DNA of 63,923 nt, filler included, from Octopus bimaculoides (taxonomy: Eukaryota), in the NCBI RefSeq assembly GCF_001194135.2. It is 9 parts of 9 records of this genome, joined end to end, with 100 filler letters (N's around TTAATTAATTAA, not from the genome) between each part and the next. Parts side by side here need not be neighbours in the genome. Positions count along the whole stretch, not along the records: positions 1 to 13,968 come from NC_068982.1; positions 14,069 to 27,703 come from NC_068996.1; 7 more parts are not named here. The stretch is one strand, 5' to 3'. Of the stretch, positions 11,219 through 23,264 are shown in pieces. Both the position numbers and the translations under genes were made by a program. Numbering within the stretch: position 1 is the stretch's first letter; the number at the start of each line of letters is the position of its first letter. The notes under the pieces were generated by a model. That model did not search any database and was not told the origin of the DNA. It worked only from the letters and a program-made list of their open reading frames with translations.

Positions 11219-11314
<96 letters not shown>

Positions 11315-11460
11315 TATAAGTATATGTATGCGTGTATATATGTATGGATGTACGTATGCATGTATGTATGTATGAATGTATCTATGTCTGTGTGTGTATT
11401 TGTGTTTGTGTGTGTGTATGTGTGTGTATACGTATGTGTGTGTGTGTTTATGTATGTGGA
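10620..11460. repeat. Compound (GT)n/(AT)n/(AC)n microsatellite field
   Basis: Directly read; representative of dozens of such tracts throughout the window. Confidence 0.95.
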
Positions 11461-11710
11461 CATACACCAACCCTCCAGTCGTGGCCGCTGTTTCTCTCGT
11501 GCTGCTGCTGTTGTTTCTTCTTTTGCTGCTGCCATGGTGATGACTTCTGTACATTGTAGCATTTCTACAGATTGTGTAAAACCATAGCGGNNNNNNNNNN
11601 NNNNNNNNNNNNNNNNNNNNNNNNNNNNNNNNNNNNNNNNNNNNNNNNNNNNNNNNNNNNNNNNNNNNNNNNNNNNNNNNNNNNNNNNNNNNNNNNNNNN
11701 NNNNNNNNNN

Positions 11711-12062
11711 TGGTGGTGGAGATGGTGGTGGTGGAGATGGTGGTGGTGGTGTGGTGGAGGGTGGTTGTGATGGCGGTGGTAGTGGTGGTGGTGGTGGTGG
11801 TGGTGCTGGTGATGACGATGAAGATGATGGTGGTGGTAGTGACGGTGGAGATGGTGAAGCTAACTTATAGTATTATCAGTATTGTTTTTTTTTTATTTGT
11901 AGTAGTAGTAGTAGTAGTAGTAGTTGTTGTTGTTGTTGTTGTGTTGGTGTTCGTGGTGATGTTGTTTTTGTCGCTATTATTGTTGCTGTTGTTGTTGTTA
12001 CTGCCGTTTCTGTTATTATGCTAGTAAATGTGATGTTGCTGTTGATGTTGCTGTTGTTGTTG
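11711..12062 (+). repeat. Imperfect (GTG)n/(GTA)n/(GTT)n trinucleotide field
   Basis: Directly read; source of the poly-Val ORF. Confidence 0.9.
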
Positions 12063-12859
12063 CTTCCCCTGCCATTGTCTAACGTTTAGTGATATCAAAT
12101 TAAATGTGAAGAACGCTTCAGACTTGAAGCATGGAGCACCTCCACTCTATCGGAACCACTCACCTCAGCATTGCAGTGTTTTCTTTGCACGTTCGCGCGT
12201 GTCTGTGTGGCTTTGTGTGTGTCTGTGTGTGTGTCTGTGTGTGTGTGTGTGTATGACGTGTTTGAATGAAGAGTGACAGGGGTTGGTGGCGGAGGCGGCG
12301 GCGATGGCGGTGGTGGCACCGGGAGGCAGCGGAGGTGAGCAATCAATGAAAGCCGAGAATGGTGATCCAGAATCTCCTTGATTTTTTCAAAAACTCATTA
12401 GTTCTCAGTCCCTTCCACTTAGCGAAACAGTCGTTGCTTGTGTAATCAGAACTCCACGTGATTAAACAAACAAGTTTATGCAAATAATGAAGCTAAATTA
12501 ATATCCAGACCTGAGCCCTCAAATACTGCTACTGTCTTTCATCTTTTACCTTTCTCCCTCATTGGACTGCGGCCATGCTGGAGCACCACCTGGAATAATT
12601 TAGTCGAACAGATCGACCCCAGTATTTATGTTTTAAAGTCTACTTCTTATTTTATCGATCACTGTGGCCGAACCGCTGTGTTACGGATACGTAAACAAGC
12701 CATGACCGGTTGTCAAACGGTGGCGGATGGGTGGGGTTAAACATAGGACTTCCATTTGATTTCCATCCCCCAATTTCCCTCACTGTGCATTGGTCGATCA
12801 GAAGTCTTAGTAAAAGACTTAGTAGGGAATAAGGAAAGGAGGAATGAGGGGAAACCCCC

Positions 12860-13470
12860 CAAAGAGTACAAAAGCAGAATTAGGAAGGTGTTCGAAACGA
12901 AATTAAATGGCAGGAGCAGCATTAAAGCCATAAGTACATGGACCATGCCTGTATTGAGATTTTCTGCTACCTTCCTGAAATGGACAACAGTCAAGCTACT
13001 GACCTTATATAGAGGAAATGGAAAACCGCTCGCAATGCACAACACACTAGCCTAAGAGCAACACCGACAAACTCTTCCTACCAAGAAAGGAAGCGGGCAG
13101 AGGATCAATGCAGAAGACAACGTTAATATCGCGATATTTGTTGGGGACGGGGTTAAAAATTATGATATGCAGAGCAAAGAAAGAATATTATGGACAGTTA
13201 GAGATGCCCCACTAGTTACTGAAATAGTGGAAGAATTCAAAGAGAAAAAGAAAAAAAAAACAGCAGAACAACTAAATGGGAAAGAAATGGAATCACATGG
13301 CCAATTGATGCCACGGTTAGAATACCTGTGATTGTAGGAGCAATTGGAATGATCAAAAAAGGTGCTGAAAATTATCTAAGAATGATCCCTGGCTTACCAT
13401 CCATGCAGGAAGTGCCAAAACACTGTATTAACTGGTAACTGGTCACACGCGTTGAGAAAAGCAGTGTCGC
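12860..13470 (+). mobile_element. R4/Dong-clade LINE fragments (post-RT region and C-terminal end), degenerate
   Basis: EYKSRIRKVFETKLNGRSSIKAISTWTMPVLRFSATFLKWT and IPVIVGAIGMIKKGAENYLRMIPGLPSMQEV. Confidence 0.8.
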
Positions 13471-13713
13471 AGAGAAATTTCTCTCCATTTTCCTCCTTAT
13501 TCTTTTGATTTATTTTTTTACATTTTTCTTAATTCCTTTTTTCCTCTATCTTTCTTCCCCTTTCTTCCTATCACATGACTTTGTAAACGAACAATCCTGT
13601 GTCTTTGTTTTAATGGTTTACCAATGTATACAGTGTGTTTCTCTGACATAGATGTCAGGAAGACACTCGGCAAGAAATGGAAACAGAATTGAAAGATGAT
13701 AATGAAAATAAAG

Positions 13714-13757
<44 letters not shown>

Positions 13758-13763
13758 TATAAT

Positions 13764-13968
13764 AAAATTAGACGAACTAGAAACACCTGCAGAAAAAGCT
13801 AAGCGCTTGAAAACCCGTGCTAAAATTGCTGCCTTAGCTATTATGACTGAAAAATGGCATGGAAAACCTCTCAATGGCAAATACCCAAAGAGAGCGAATA
13901 ATGCAGATATTGACAAAGCCCTTACCCACCAATGGTTAATGGCCTCTGACTTGAAATCAGAAACAGAG
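13764..13968 (+). mobile_element. R4/Dong-clade LINE fragment following (ATA)n
   Basis: EKWHGKPLNGKY...DIDKALTHQWLMASDLKSETE, the conserved WL...LKSETE block of R4/Dong ORFs. Confidence 0.75.
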
Positions 13969-14012
13969 NNNNNNNNNNNNNNNNNNNNNNNNNNNNNNNN
14001 NNNNNNNNNNNN

Positions 14013-14024
14013 TTAATTAATTAA
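14013..14024. other. Assembly spacer TTAATTAATTAA centred in a 100-nt gap (44 N + 12 + 44 N)
   Basis: Identical construct at 14013, 27748, 44551, 51107, 54281, 58775, 60406, 62140; carries stops in all six frames. Confidence 0.95.
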
Positions 14025-16098
14025 NNNNNNNNNNNNNNNNNNNNNNNNNNNNNNNNNNNNNNNNNNNNTATATATATATATATATATATATATATCAAGA
14101 GAGGGAGGGAGAGAAAGAGGGAGAACCAGTATGAGAGAAGCAGGTATCCTCCACATACGAAGAGTAATCACATTGAAAATCCCGCCGTAAAGGAGAATTC
14201 CGTAACGCAAGTTTCTGCTAATTTCCACGTCCATTATTCTTGTCATCTAACATTGAAGGTATGCATGGCATAAATTTGAAGTTAAAACTTAGTCGATTAC
14301 GTCATTCTCAATATTTGTCTGAGTTATCAACCACCCAAGAATTAAAGATGAAGTAGATTTCGATTAGATTTGAACTCATACACGAAATGTCACACCACGG
14401 AGCATTTTGTCCAATGTTTAATCATTCTAACAATGTTAAATATTGATATTTCAACTTTTGCCAAAGGTCGACTTTGCTTTTCATCCTTTCGGGGTCGATA
14501 AATTAAGCGCAAGTTGCGTACTGGAGTCGATCTAATCGACTCGCCCTCTCTTCCAATATTTAGAGCCTTGTGCCTATAGTAGAAAAGAATTTTCGCTAAA
14601 TAAAGCAAGCAATTGCCTAAGGGAGATAACTCTGACTGAGTTATTTCCCTTGGTAATAGTTTTACTTAAATTTTAATATCTATACGTTCTTTTTTAATTT
14701 TCTCTTACTTAACTTTATTTCTTTTACATTTTATAAGCCTTCTTTCATTTTCAATTCTATTTATATTCCCGTGATAGAAAGTTATACCAGGATGGTACAG
14801 TAGTAATATTTTCATAATTTCCCATCAAGTTACAATCATTCACTTTATAACATTGATTAATGTTAGTTACGTTTTTAACTATATTTCTGTCACTTTTATT
14901 GGTTTCAACCGGAGACTGTGGCCATACTGGGGCACCACCTTTGGTGTGATTGTTTATTTGCTTTTTTTTTTTTTCGCCACTCACTTCCTGGCATTCTCTC
15001 TGGAACTCTCTCTGGTGAAGTCGTGATTTGGACAGAGCTTCTTTTCTTTGTGCTTACTGTTGCAATATTGGTTCATTTAGTATTTTAGTTACAAATTAAA
15101 GGTACTTGAAACCTGAGATGCTATAGTACTGGGTCCTTACACTAGGTCCATGCTTCTCGATCAGGGTCTATATTGGCCTTAGGGGTCCAAACAAGATTTT
15201 GTTGTCAAAACTTATGTCCAATAAACTGGTTCTACATCTACAATACTCAAAATATTTTAACAATATTNNNNNNNNNNNNNNNNNNNNNNNNNNNNNNNNN
15301 NNNNNNNNNNNNNNNNNNNNNNNNNNNNNNNNNNNNNNNNNNNNNNNNNNNNNNNNNNNNNNNNNNNNNNNNNNNNNNNNNNNNNNNNNNNNNNNNNNNN
15401 NNNNNNNNNNNNNNNNNNNNNNNNNNNNNNNNNNNNNNNNNNNNNNNNNNNNNNNNNNNNNNNNNNNNNNNNNNNNNNNNNNNNNNNNNNNNNNNNNNNN
15501 NNNNNNNNNNNNNNNNNNNNNNNNNNNNNNNNNNNNNNNNNNNNNNNNNNNNNNNNNNNNNNNNNNNNNNNNNNNNNNNNNNNNNNNNNNNNNNNNNNNN
15601 NNNNNNNNNNNNNNNNNNNNNNNNNNNNNNNNNNNNNNNNNNNNNNNNNNNNNNNNNNNNNNNNNNNNNNNNNNNNNNNNNNNNNNNNNNNNNNNNNNNN
15701 NNNNNNNNNNNNNNNNNNNNNNNNNNNNNNNNNNNNNNNNNNNNNNNNNNNNNNNNNNNNNNNNNNNNNNNNNNNNNNNNNNNNNNNNNNNNNNNNNNNN
15801 NNNNNNNNNNNNNNNNNNNNNNNNNNNNNNNNNNNNNNNNNNNNNNNNNNNNNNNNNNNNNNNNNNNNNNNNNNNNNNNNNNNNNNNNNNNNNNNNNNNN
15901 NNNNNNNNNNNNNNNNNNNNNNNNNNNNNNNNNNNNNNNNNNNNNNNNNNNNNNNNNNNNNNNNNNNNNNNNNNNNNNNNNNNNNNNNNNNNNNNNNNNN
16001 NNNNNNNNNNNNNNNNNGTTTTTATCAAAGTTTTTATATATATATATATATCCAAATATATATATACATATATATATATACATACACACACACACACA

Positions 16099-16313
16099 CG
16101 AGGGAGTGCCAATAAGTTCATGGCTTTACGTGTATCGCAAAAAGGCCTGGTTGAGGCCCAACCTACCAAATTATTTTACAGGGCTTAGAAAAACTGAAGG
16201 ACTGCTGCAATAAGTGTGTGAATCTGAGAGGGAAATATGTTGAATAAAATCGCAATTAACTGATCTTCCTGTATTTTCTTTTGCCCAAAGACATGAACTA
16301 TTCAACACCCACT

Positions 16314-16315
<2 letters not shown>
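16099..16315 (+). mobile_element. mariner-derived internally deleted element (MITE-like) in a (CA)n/(TG)n tract
   Basis: Imperfect 29-bp TIRs CGAGGGAGTGCCAATAAGTTCATGGCTTT / rc CAAGTGGGTGTTGAATAGTTCATGTCTTT; internal LEKLKDCCNKCVNLRGKYVE* resembles a mariner transposase C-terminus. Confidence 0.75.
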
Positions 16316-16358
<43 letters not shown>

Positions 16359-16729
16359 CCCCCTCTGTCTGTCTGTCTGTGTGCGCGCGCGCGTATCATT
16401 GCATATATTTTACGTCTTCTTTCTAGTGAAAGTTATATATTTTTCTTTTCGTTCAATCAGATAAGTATATTAAATATGATTCGTATATATAAAAGCTTAA
16501 TTTTTGTTTTTAAATCTGAGTCTCAGTAGACCTGTAATTGTGACATTTTTAAAAAACAAAAACGAAAAAGCCAAAGAAAAAGCGTTGATGTCATCGACTA
16601 TCACCCTCCCCCAAAATTTCAGGCCTTGTGCTCATTCTAGGAAGAATTATTATTATTATTATCATTATCATTTTATTTTACTTGCTTTGGTTAAAATCGG
16701 AGGTTAAAACTGGCTAAAATGGTTAAAAT

Positions 16730-17500
16730 TGGCTAAAATCGATCCGGAGGGTGAAGTGCTTACAAAGATGCCCATCATTTCCAAAGCAGTAGTGAAAAAG
16801 AGGTTGGAAAAATCCATAAAAACTGGAGAAAACCGAACTTATGGAGGCGTCTTGATCCGAAACTCCAATAAAATTATATCTGTGAGAGCGGACAGCAATC
16901 TGTTGTCAAAGGTCTCGCAGAATCTCTTCCCACGAATCTGGCATTAGGAATATCAACAGGCACTCACTGCTCTATACCAGTCGGGCAATACGGTCGATGA
17001 AATTTCTACAGTAGCCATATTTACGGATCTAGTGATGAGTGAGTGCGATGGGATTGTTGGGAAAACTCTAGGCGTCGACGAGGATGAACTATCTGGTCTG
17101 TTTCGGAGGGCTTTCGGGTCTGGCTCTACCATGGATAACTTTCAGAAATCCGTGGCTTGGCACTTCTACTGAGGAGCACTCTCTGTTCGAGATAAACTCT
17201 ACAAGCACGGAAAGGCTGTCTAGCGAGTCCATCCGAGATGCGCGCTCAATGACGAAAAAGTTTTGCATGCACCCGTGCAGTGACCGAATATTGTTGACTT
17301 GAGAAGTTAAGTCAAACGACTGATATCATGTGTAGAGCGAATTCGATTATTAACCGAATCCATCGTGTGGATCGCCCCACAACCCACTTTTAGCAAAGCA
17401 GAACAGGTGGTATTCTTCTGTTTCGTTGCTATGGCAAAAAGGTTGTATGGTGAACAAAGCTGACAGGATTGAGAAAGGGCACCTACCTCTTCGGTCAAAG
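16730..17500 (+). mobile_element. Tx1/L1-clade LINE 3' fragment with degenerate CCHC zinc-knuckle region
   Basis: GKTLGVDEDELSGLFRRAFGSGSTMDNFQKSVAWHFY*GALSVRDKLYKHG..HPRCALNDEKVLHAPVQ*P. Confidence 0.75.
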
Positions 17501-17914
17501 TCACATCGACATTTTTAAGTTCCATTTAGAAGTGAAAGTGGGGGTTGGAAGGGAAGTACTTTCTCCTAGTGAACTTATGAAAACAAAAAGGATTAGAGTG
17601 AATGGTCCTACTCAATGTATGCGTCTGTAGATTGGAAAGCATGCGAGAGGACTCGCACCTTTGTCGGTCAGAGAATCCTGGATCTGGTTAGGTTCCTTGA
17701 TTGGTCCTGTTTGAAGCATCTCCTGTACCAAGAGGATTGAATCATTCATATTATCACACACACTTTGTATTCTATGTATACTTTTATTGCATTTCACTGA
17801 TCTTTTCCGTTTATTTCTCCCCACCCTTTATGTAAATCCCTAAACAAATTGTTTATCATCTTTGTGATGTCCACCTTATCTGTGCCCCTGTGACTAATAA
17901 AAGAAATTATTATC

Positions 17915-18470
17915 ACTGTTGTTGTTGTTGTTGCTGCTGCTGTTATTATTGAGTTACAGAACAGTGCATGCCATCAAAGTGACACTGGGGTAAAATATAC
18001 GAAACCCATTATACCCATCATGACTACCCGACTGATAAGGGTACACCAGGCACATGCATCACAACCATATGTGCGCGACATGGTGATCTCATATCAAGAT
18101 AAACAGCGCATGACCTCGCAGGTGGGGCCCAGTTAAAATCTTCTTCAGGTCGAGTAGCCCATCCCGCTCAAAAGGTCCCTGAATAAGGTTTGTTTAAGGA
18201 TGTTGAATGAAACACCCATGTTTCCAGATGTGAATTATTCAAACCCCAAAGAATTCCTCTCAACACATGGCTATGATGCTCCCCCACTACTTCTGCTCAT
18301 GATCAGAGATGCACATATCGTCAGCTACCAAAGGACATACTCAACTGTTTAAGGTCAAACAACTGACAAGCAAATCTGTGGTATTGAGCAGAATATTTGC
18401 TGTAGCCTATCTTTTACACCAAGGCAAAACAATGTAGAGGATAACACTTCCAATCTGTTAAGACCATGAT
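17915..18470 (-). mobile_element. Non-autonomous retroposon with (AAC)n 3' tail
   Basis: (GTT)n on the + strand abutting a non-coding moderate-complexity body; family not identified. Confidence 0.4.
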
Positions 18471-18494
18471 AACCGCTGCCTGATACGAGGTGAC

Positions 18495-18690
18495 AGAATC
18501 GTTATCACGCCGAGCAAAATGCTTAGCGGCATTTCATCAGTCTTTACGTTCTGAGTTCAAATTCAGCCGGGGTCGACTTTGCATTTCAGCCTTCGGGGTC
18601 GATAAAATAAGTACCAGTTGAGCACTTGGGTCGATGTAATTGACCTTGCCCCACCCCTGAAATTGTGGCCTTGTGACAAAATCTGAAACC
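18495..18690 (+). mobile_element. SINE family A (tRNA head + GGTCGACTTTGCCTTTCATCCTTTCGGGGTCGATAAA central domain)
   Basis: A-box-like GGCAGAATCGTTAGC, B-box GAGTTCAAATTC and a central domain resembling the Meta/MESC SINE core; family assignment from memory. Confidence 0.8.
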
Positions 18691-19015
18691 ATCAGCAGCA
18701 GCCGTAGGTAGTAGTAGTAGTAGTAGTAGTAGTAGTACTAGTAGTAGTAGTAGTAGTAGTAGTTTTGACATCAGTATTGCGGTATTAAATAGTGATGTGA
18801 TTGCAGTTTCTACTTTGTATTACGATTCCATGTGTAATATAACCAAAGTTAGTGAACTTGGCCAGCATAATCTCTTAGCCACAAATTATGAAGGGAGAGA
18901 ACTCATACGCGAAATGTAAAACATAGGAACGGACTTCTACTAGCATACGCAGAATCCTTTCCAAGAATGTTCTTTCCTCTAGGTATAGCAATCAAATATC
19001 CCTAACTCGACTTCA

Positions 19016-19145
<130 letters not shown>

Positions 19146-19167
19146 GGCCGTTAGCCTGTGAAGTCGT

Positions 19168-19365
19168 GAAGGCGCATGGTTTAGTGGTTAGAGTGTCGAG
19201 CTTACGATCGTGTGGTTGTAAGTTCAATTCCCGGACCGAACTGTGCGTTGGGTTCTTGAGCAAGACACTTTATTTCACGTTGCTCCAGTTCACTCAGCTG
19301 TAGAAATGAGTTGCGACGTCACTGGTGCCAAGCTGTATCGACCTTTGCCTTTACCTTGGATAACT
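19168..19365 (+). mobile_element. SINE family C
   Basis: GGCGCATGGTTTAGTGGTTAG...AAGTTCAATTCC...GGTTCTTGAGCAAGACAC. Confidence 0.8.
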
Positions 19366-19374
19366 ACAGCTAAA

Positions 19375-20295
19375 CACAAAGTTTAAGATTTTGGCCACGG
19401 TGTTAGCCATGTCCCAGTTACTGCTTGATCGGGTTGGAGTTTTCTTGTGGAAGGGAAGCGTTCCACTTGTCAGGTGGTTAGTCTATTCCCAACTCCCTCT
19501 GTGGGAGTTTTGATGCGCAGACACGCACTCAGGTTGTACCGTCTGCAAGGATTTCTCGTCGGTAAACATCTGTGGGCTCCATTTATGAGTCACATCTTTC
19601 CGCAGCTCGTCTCCATGTTGGAAATGCGGTCCCGGGTGAAAGGTAGACGGAGGCTTAGAACCGGGCACACAGAATGTCGTCACACGCTTACTGCCCTCGA
19701 GCAATGGGATCGGTGGACGTTCCACTTTAGCTATATACAGAGAATTAGTAGTGGGTAAATCAGACGACATTCTCGGGGTGACTCTGGGCGTCGACGAAAA
19801 CGAACTGGCTATTCTGTTCTGGAGGACTTTACGGTCGGGGACTACTATGGATAATTTCCAAATGTCTTTGGCCTGGCAGTGCCACCATGGTGGGGCAGTG
19901 GGGTGCTACAGATTCTAGATAAACTTTACAGGCACGGATCTGTTGTCGGACGGGCTTGTCCAAGGTGCGCACAGAGCGATGAAACCGTTCGGTGACCAGA
20001 CATTGCTGACTTGCGGAGTTATGTCACGTGTGAGACGGATTCGTTTGTCGGTTGATTCCATAGTGATGATTGTCTCGCCGCCCTCCTTTAATCGGGCAGG
20101 CAAGGCAGGAAGGGGCGCGTTCCTATGGTCAGGCGGTCAGTATGCTGCCAACTCCCCTCAGTGTGACGGCTTAGGCATACCGTGGCTTTTGATGCGCAGA
20201 CACACTCTCAAGTTGTGTCACTTGCAACGATGTCTAGACGGTGTGAACATCAGTGGGCTGCCATTGTGAGGCACGTCTTTCCATCACTCCCACTA
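19375..20295 (+). mobile_element. Tx1/L1-clade LINE fragments, including an internally duplicated segment
   Basis: LMRRHALRL...FMSHIFPQL; LGVTLGVDENELAILFWRTL...MDNFQMSLAWQCH; DKLYRHGSVVGRACPRCAQSDETV; a second GLGIPWLLMRRHTLKL block at about 20150-20295. Confidence 0.75.
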
Positions 20296-20486
20296 TATTT
20301 TACTTTGGGCAAGTGTATTCTACTATTGCTTCGGGCTAATCAAAGCCTTATGAGTGGATCTGGTAGACGGTAACTGAAAAAAAACGCATTGTGTGCGTGT
20401 GTGGTGGGGGGATGTTTTTCCCACCACCGCTTGAAAACCGGTGCCGGTGTCTTTAAATTCTCGTAACTTAGAAGTTTCACATAAGG

Positions 20487-20720
20487 CGGTGAGCTGGCAG
20501 AATCGTTAGCACGCCGGGCGAAATGCTTACCAGTATTTCGTCTGCCGTTACGTTCTGAGTTCAAATTCCACCGAGGTCGACTTTGCCTTTCATCCTTTCA
20601 GGGTCGATAAATTAAGTACCAGTTACGCACTGGGGTAGATGTAATCGACTTAATCCCTTTGTCTTTCCTAGTTTGTCCCCATCTATGTTTAGCTCCTTGT
20701 GGGCAATAAAGAAATAAGAA
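20487..20720 (+). mobile_element. SINE family A, near full length
   Basis: GGCGGTGAGCTGGCAGAATCGTTAGCACGCCGGGCGAAATGC...GAGGTCGACTTTGCCTTTCATCC; further copies at about 24650-25270, 26210-26410, 47218-47430 (+) and 28340-28470, 39590-39710, 49780-49975 (-). Confidence 0.85.
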
Positions 20721-21455
20721 TAAGTACCACACTTATAAAAAGAAAATTAGTCCTGAGGTGGATCAGTTCGACTTAAATTCCTCAAAGCGGAACACCAGCA
20801 TGGTTGTAGTCTAGTCTAACAACCGAAATAGGGACCTCAGTTTATCTAATGTGCAATAATGTGAATCGAGCTATTGAAGTCATAGTAACCAGTGTAACAA
20901 AAGGAGATATTACTGCCAGTAAGAAAGGTTTTCTCCCTTACAATGAAAGAAAAATGGCGTATGATCTACAACTTCAAGGGCGATTACTTTAGACTAGTTT
21001 TTAATTACTTTACATTGCAAAACTCGTGGCTTCCAAACTTCTGTGATCTATGCGCTTATTTTAATTATCATATCGTTTATTCTTGGTTTCTTATTATCGT
21101 TTACTGAGAAACATGGTTTTATTATTATCAAAATAAGAAGAATTTTGAAAAACTTAATTCAGAATGCTAAATATGTGCAAAAGAATTTATTGTAAAAAAA
21201 TCTTTAGCCAACATCTTAAAAGTAAACTAAAAAGTAATCTTAAGTTATCATCCTTTACGTTGTAGATCACACACCAAAGCAGCACCGAAGAATGTGTTGC
21301 AAGTTCAATACTAAATGCCGGTAAAAGATGGGGTTTAAATGCAGAGGATTTGAAAAGATGAGAAAGGAATAATGCGAGCATGTTTCATTGAGCATGTAAC
21401 ATTAATGTACATATACAACGGTGTGTACAAATGACCAGAGAGAAAATAGGATATA

Positions 21456-21692
21456 CAGTAGAAGTCAAAAGTTTTAAACATATTTTTAATAATTAAAATT
21501 GTTATACCCAAGTACAATTCAATTCAGATATATATACAACATAGAGATATACTTACATAATAACTGATCCAATGGGTCAATATCTAGATGAAAAAATTAA
21601 CCAAAATCAAAAATAGAGTTCTAGACCAAATAGCTTGCTTTTAATAAATAGAAGCTAGGACGTCATATGTTCCAAACTTTTGACCACGACTG
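21456..21692. mobile_element. Tc1-type MITE, 237 bp, TA target duplication
   Basis: TA|CAGTAGAAGTCAAAAGTTTTAAACA ... TGTTCCAAACTTTTGACCACGACTG|TA; TIRs 20/25 identical. Confidence 0.75.
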
Positions 21693-21704
21693 TAAGTGGA
21701 TTTA

Positions 21705-21790
21705 GATGAAGTGTGCAAAAGAGGAGATTGTACTGGCATGGGTATGTGATGCATAGAGACGATGGCAGCTGCATAAAAGAGTGCTGAATT
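21705..21790 (+). mobile_element. Short RTE/CR1-like LINE fragment
   Basis: KRRLYWHGYVMHRDDGSCIK resembles the RRLRWxGHVxR motif. Confidence 0.45.
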
Positions 21791-22491
21791 CCTCATCTAG
21801 CTAAGATAAACCATGCCAATCACACAACACGTATGCTAACATTCTACGTGAAAGGATACTTTTCTTATGAGGGGGCAACGCATGTAGTAAAACAAAAAAG
21901 CAACAAAATCAGAGAAAATTAGTGATACTTTAACAGAAAAATTATCTACAAAACTTGGGATTGGAAGTCGACCGGCTTTCTGAATTTTTCCGATTTTCTG
22001 GAGACAATCTAAATATATATCTAAAATATGAAATAAACTATGAGAAGTTAAGAGCTAAATTGTATTTTACATATTCAAATTAGTATATTTCTAAGACAGG
22101 TTCTGACATTAATCCACTAAAAATTCTTAAAATATATGACACATTCGATGAAAGAAAGGCATGTTCAATATTTTACAAATTTACCACTAAAACTGTTTAA
22201 AGTTTTCCAACGAATATCGATGTTTCAACTATGTATTTTTTGTGAGTTAATGAATTATTTACAAATTTGAATGTAACCTCGGGCTGACCGAAGTCTTGTG
22301 AGTGAATCTGGTAGACGGAAACTGAAAGAAGCCTCTTGTGTATAAATAAACGTATAATATATATCTATATGCATGCGTATACATATATATATATATATAT
22401 ATCGATATATAAATACATATGTATATATATACATACTTACATACATACATACACACATACACGCACACACGCGCACGCACACAGACACACA

Positions 22492-22627
<136 letters not shown>

Positions 22628-23210
22628 CAGATATATAATATTAAGTATGTTTTAAAATGTGTGGGCCATTTACGGAGTGCTCATAGAGCCAATGCGGAAA
22701 AATACTGAGTAGAGAAAATTGAAAACGCAAATCGTAGGCATTCAAACAGATTCCCGAACGCATAAATGAAGGTATTCAATCGTAGTAGTTGAATCATATA
22801 TATTTATACACATCAACATAAATTATGCATGTACGGGCGTGAAAATTCTCCAAGGGTATGAAGAATAAAAACCAAACATATATGAAAATATGGAAGAAAC
22901 TAAAAATATATAAAAATACATATAAAATTACATATAAATAAAGATTACATGTAAGGAGTTGTGCGTGATAAATATAGGAGGCGCAAAACGAATGAGAGGT
23001 TGATGAATATAGGAATAAAAACGTCAACTTCTAAAATGGCAAACCACCTAAATCGTCTAAAAATCACTTATACATATAGAATATAAGATAGGAATAACAC
23101 TAGACATCACGGTTATGCTAGATGTCTAGAGTAATTTCTATCTTATATATATAAAGAGAGAAAAGGATAAAGAGAACAATGGTACAGTTAGCAGTATATT
23201 TTATGGATAA

Positions 23211-23264
23211 AGTCTTACAGCTGTTTCATGGAAAATCCAATGTATCCCTTCATCGGAGAGAGAC
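23211..23264 (-). ncRNA. Degenerate minimal type I hammerhead motif in a Penelope-like repeat remnant
   Basis: Minus strand GTCTCTCT-CCGATGA-AGGGATACATTGGATTTTCCAT-GAAA-CAGCTG-TA/AGACT; palindromic ACAGCTGT helix III; U4->C; helix II imperfect. Confidence 0.5.

Noticed and set aside
14013-14246. Minus-strand ORF MTRIMDVEISRNLRYGILLYGG...
   Set aside because: No recognisable domain or splice context; runs into microsatellite and gap
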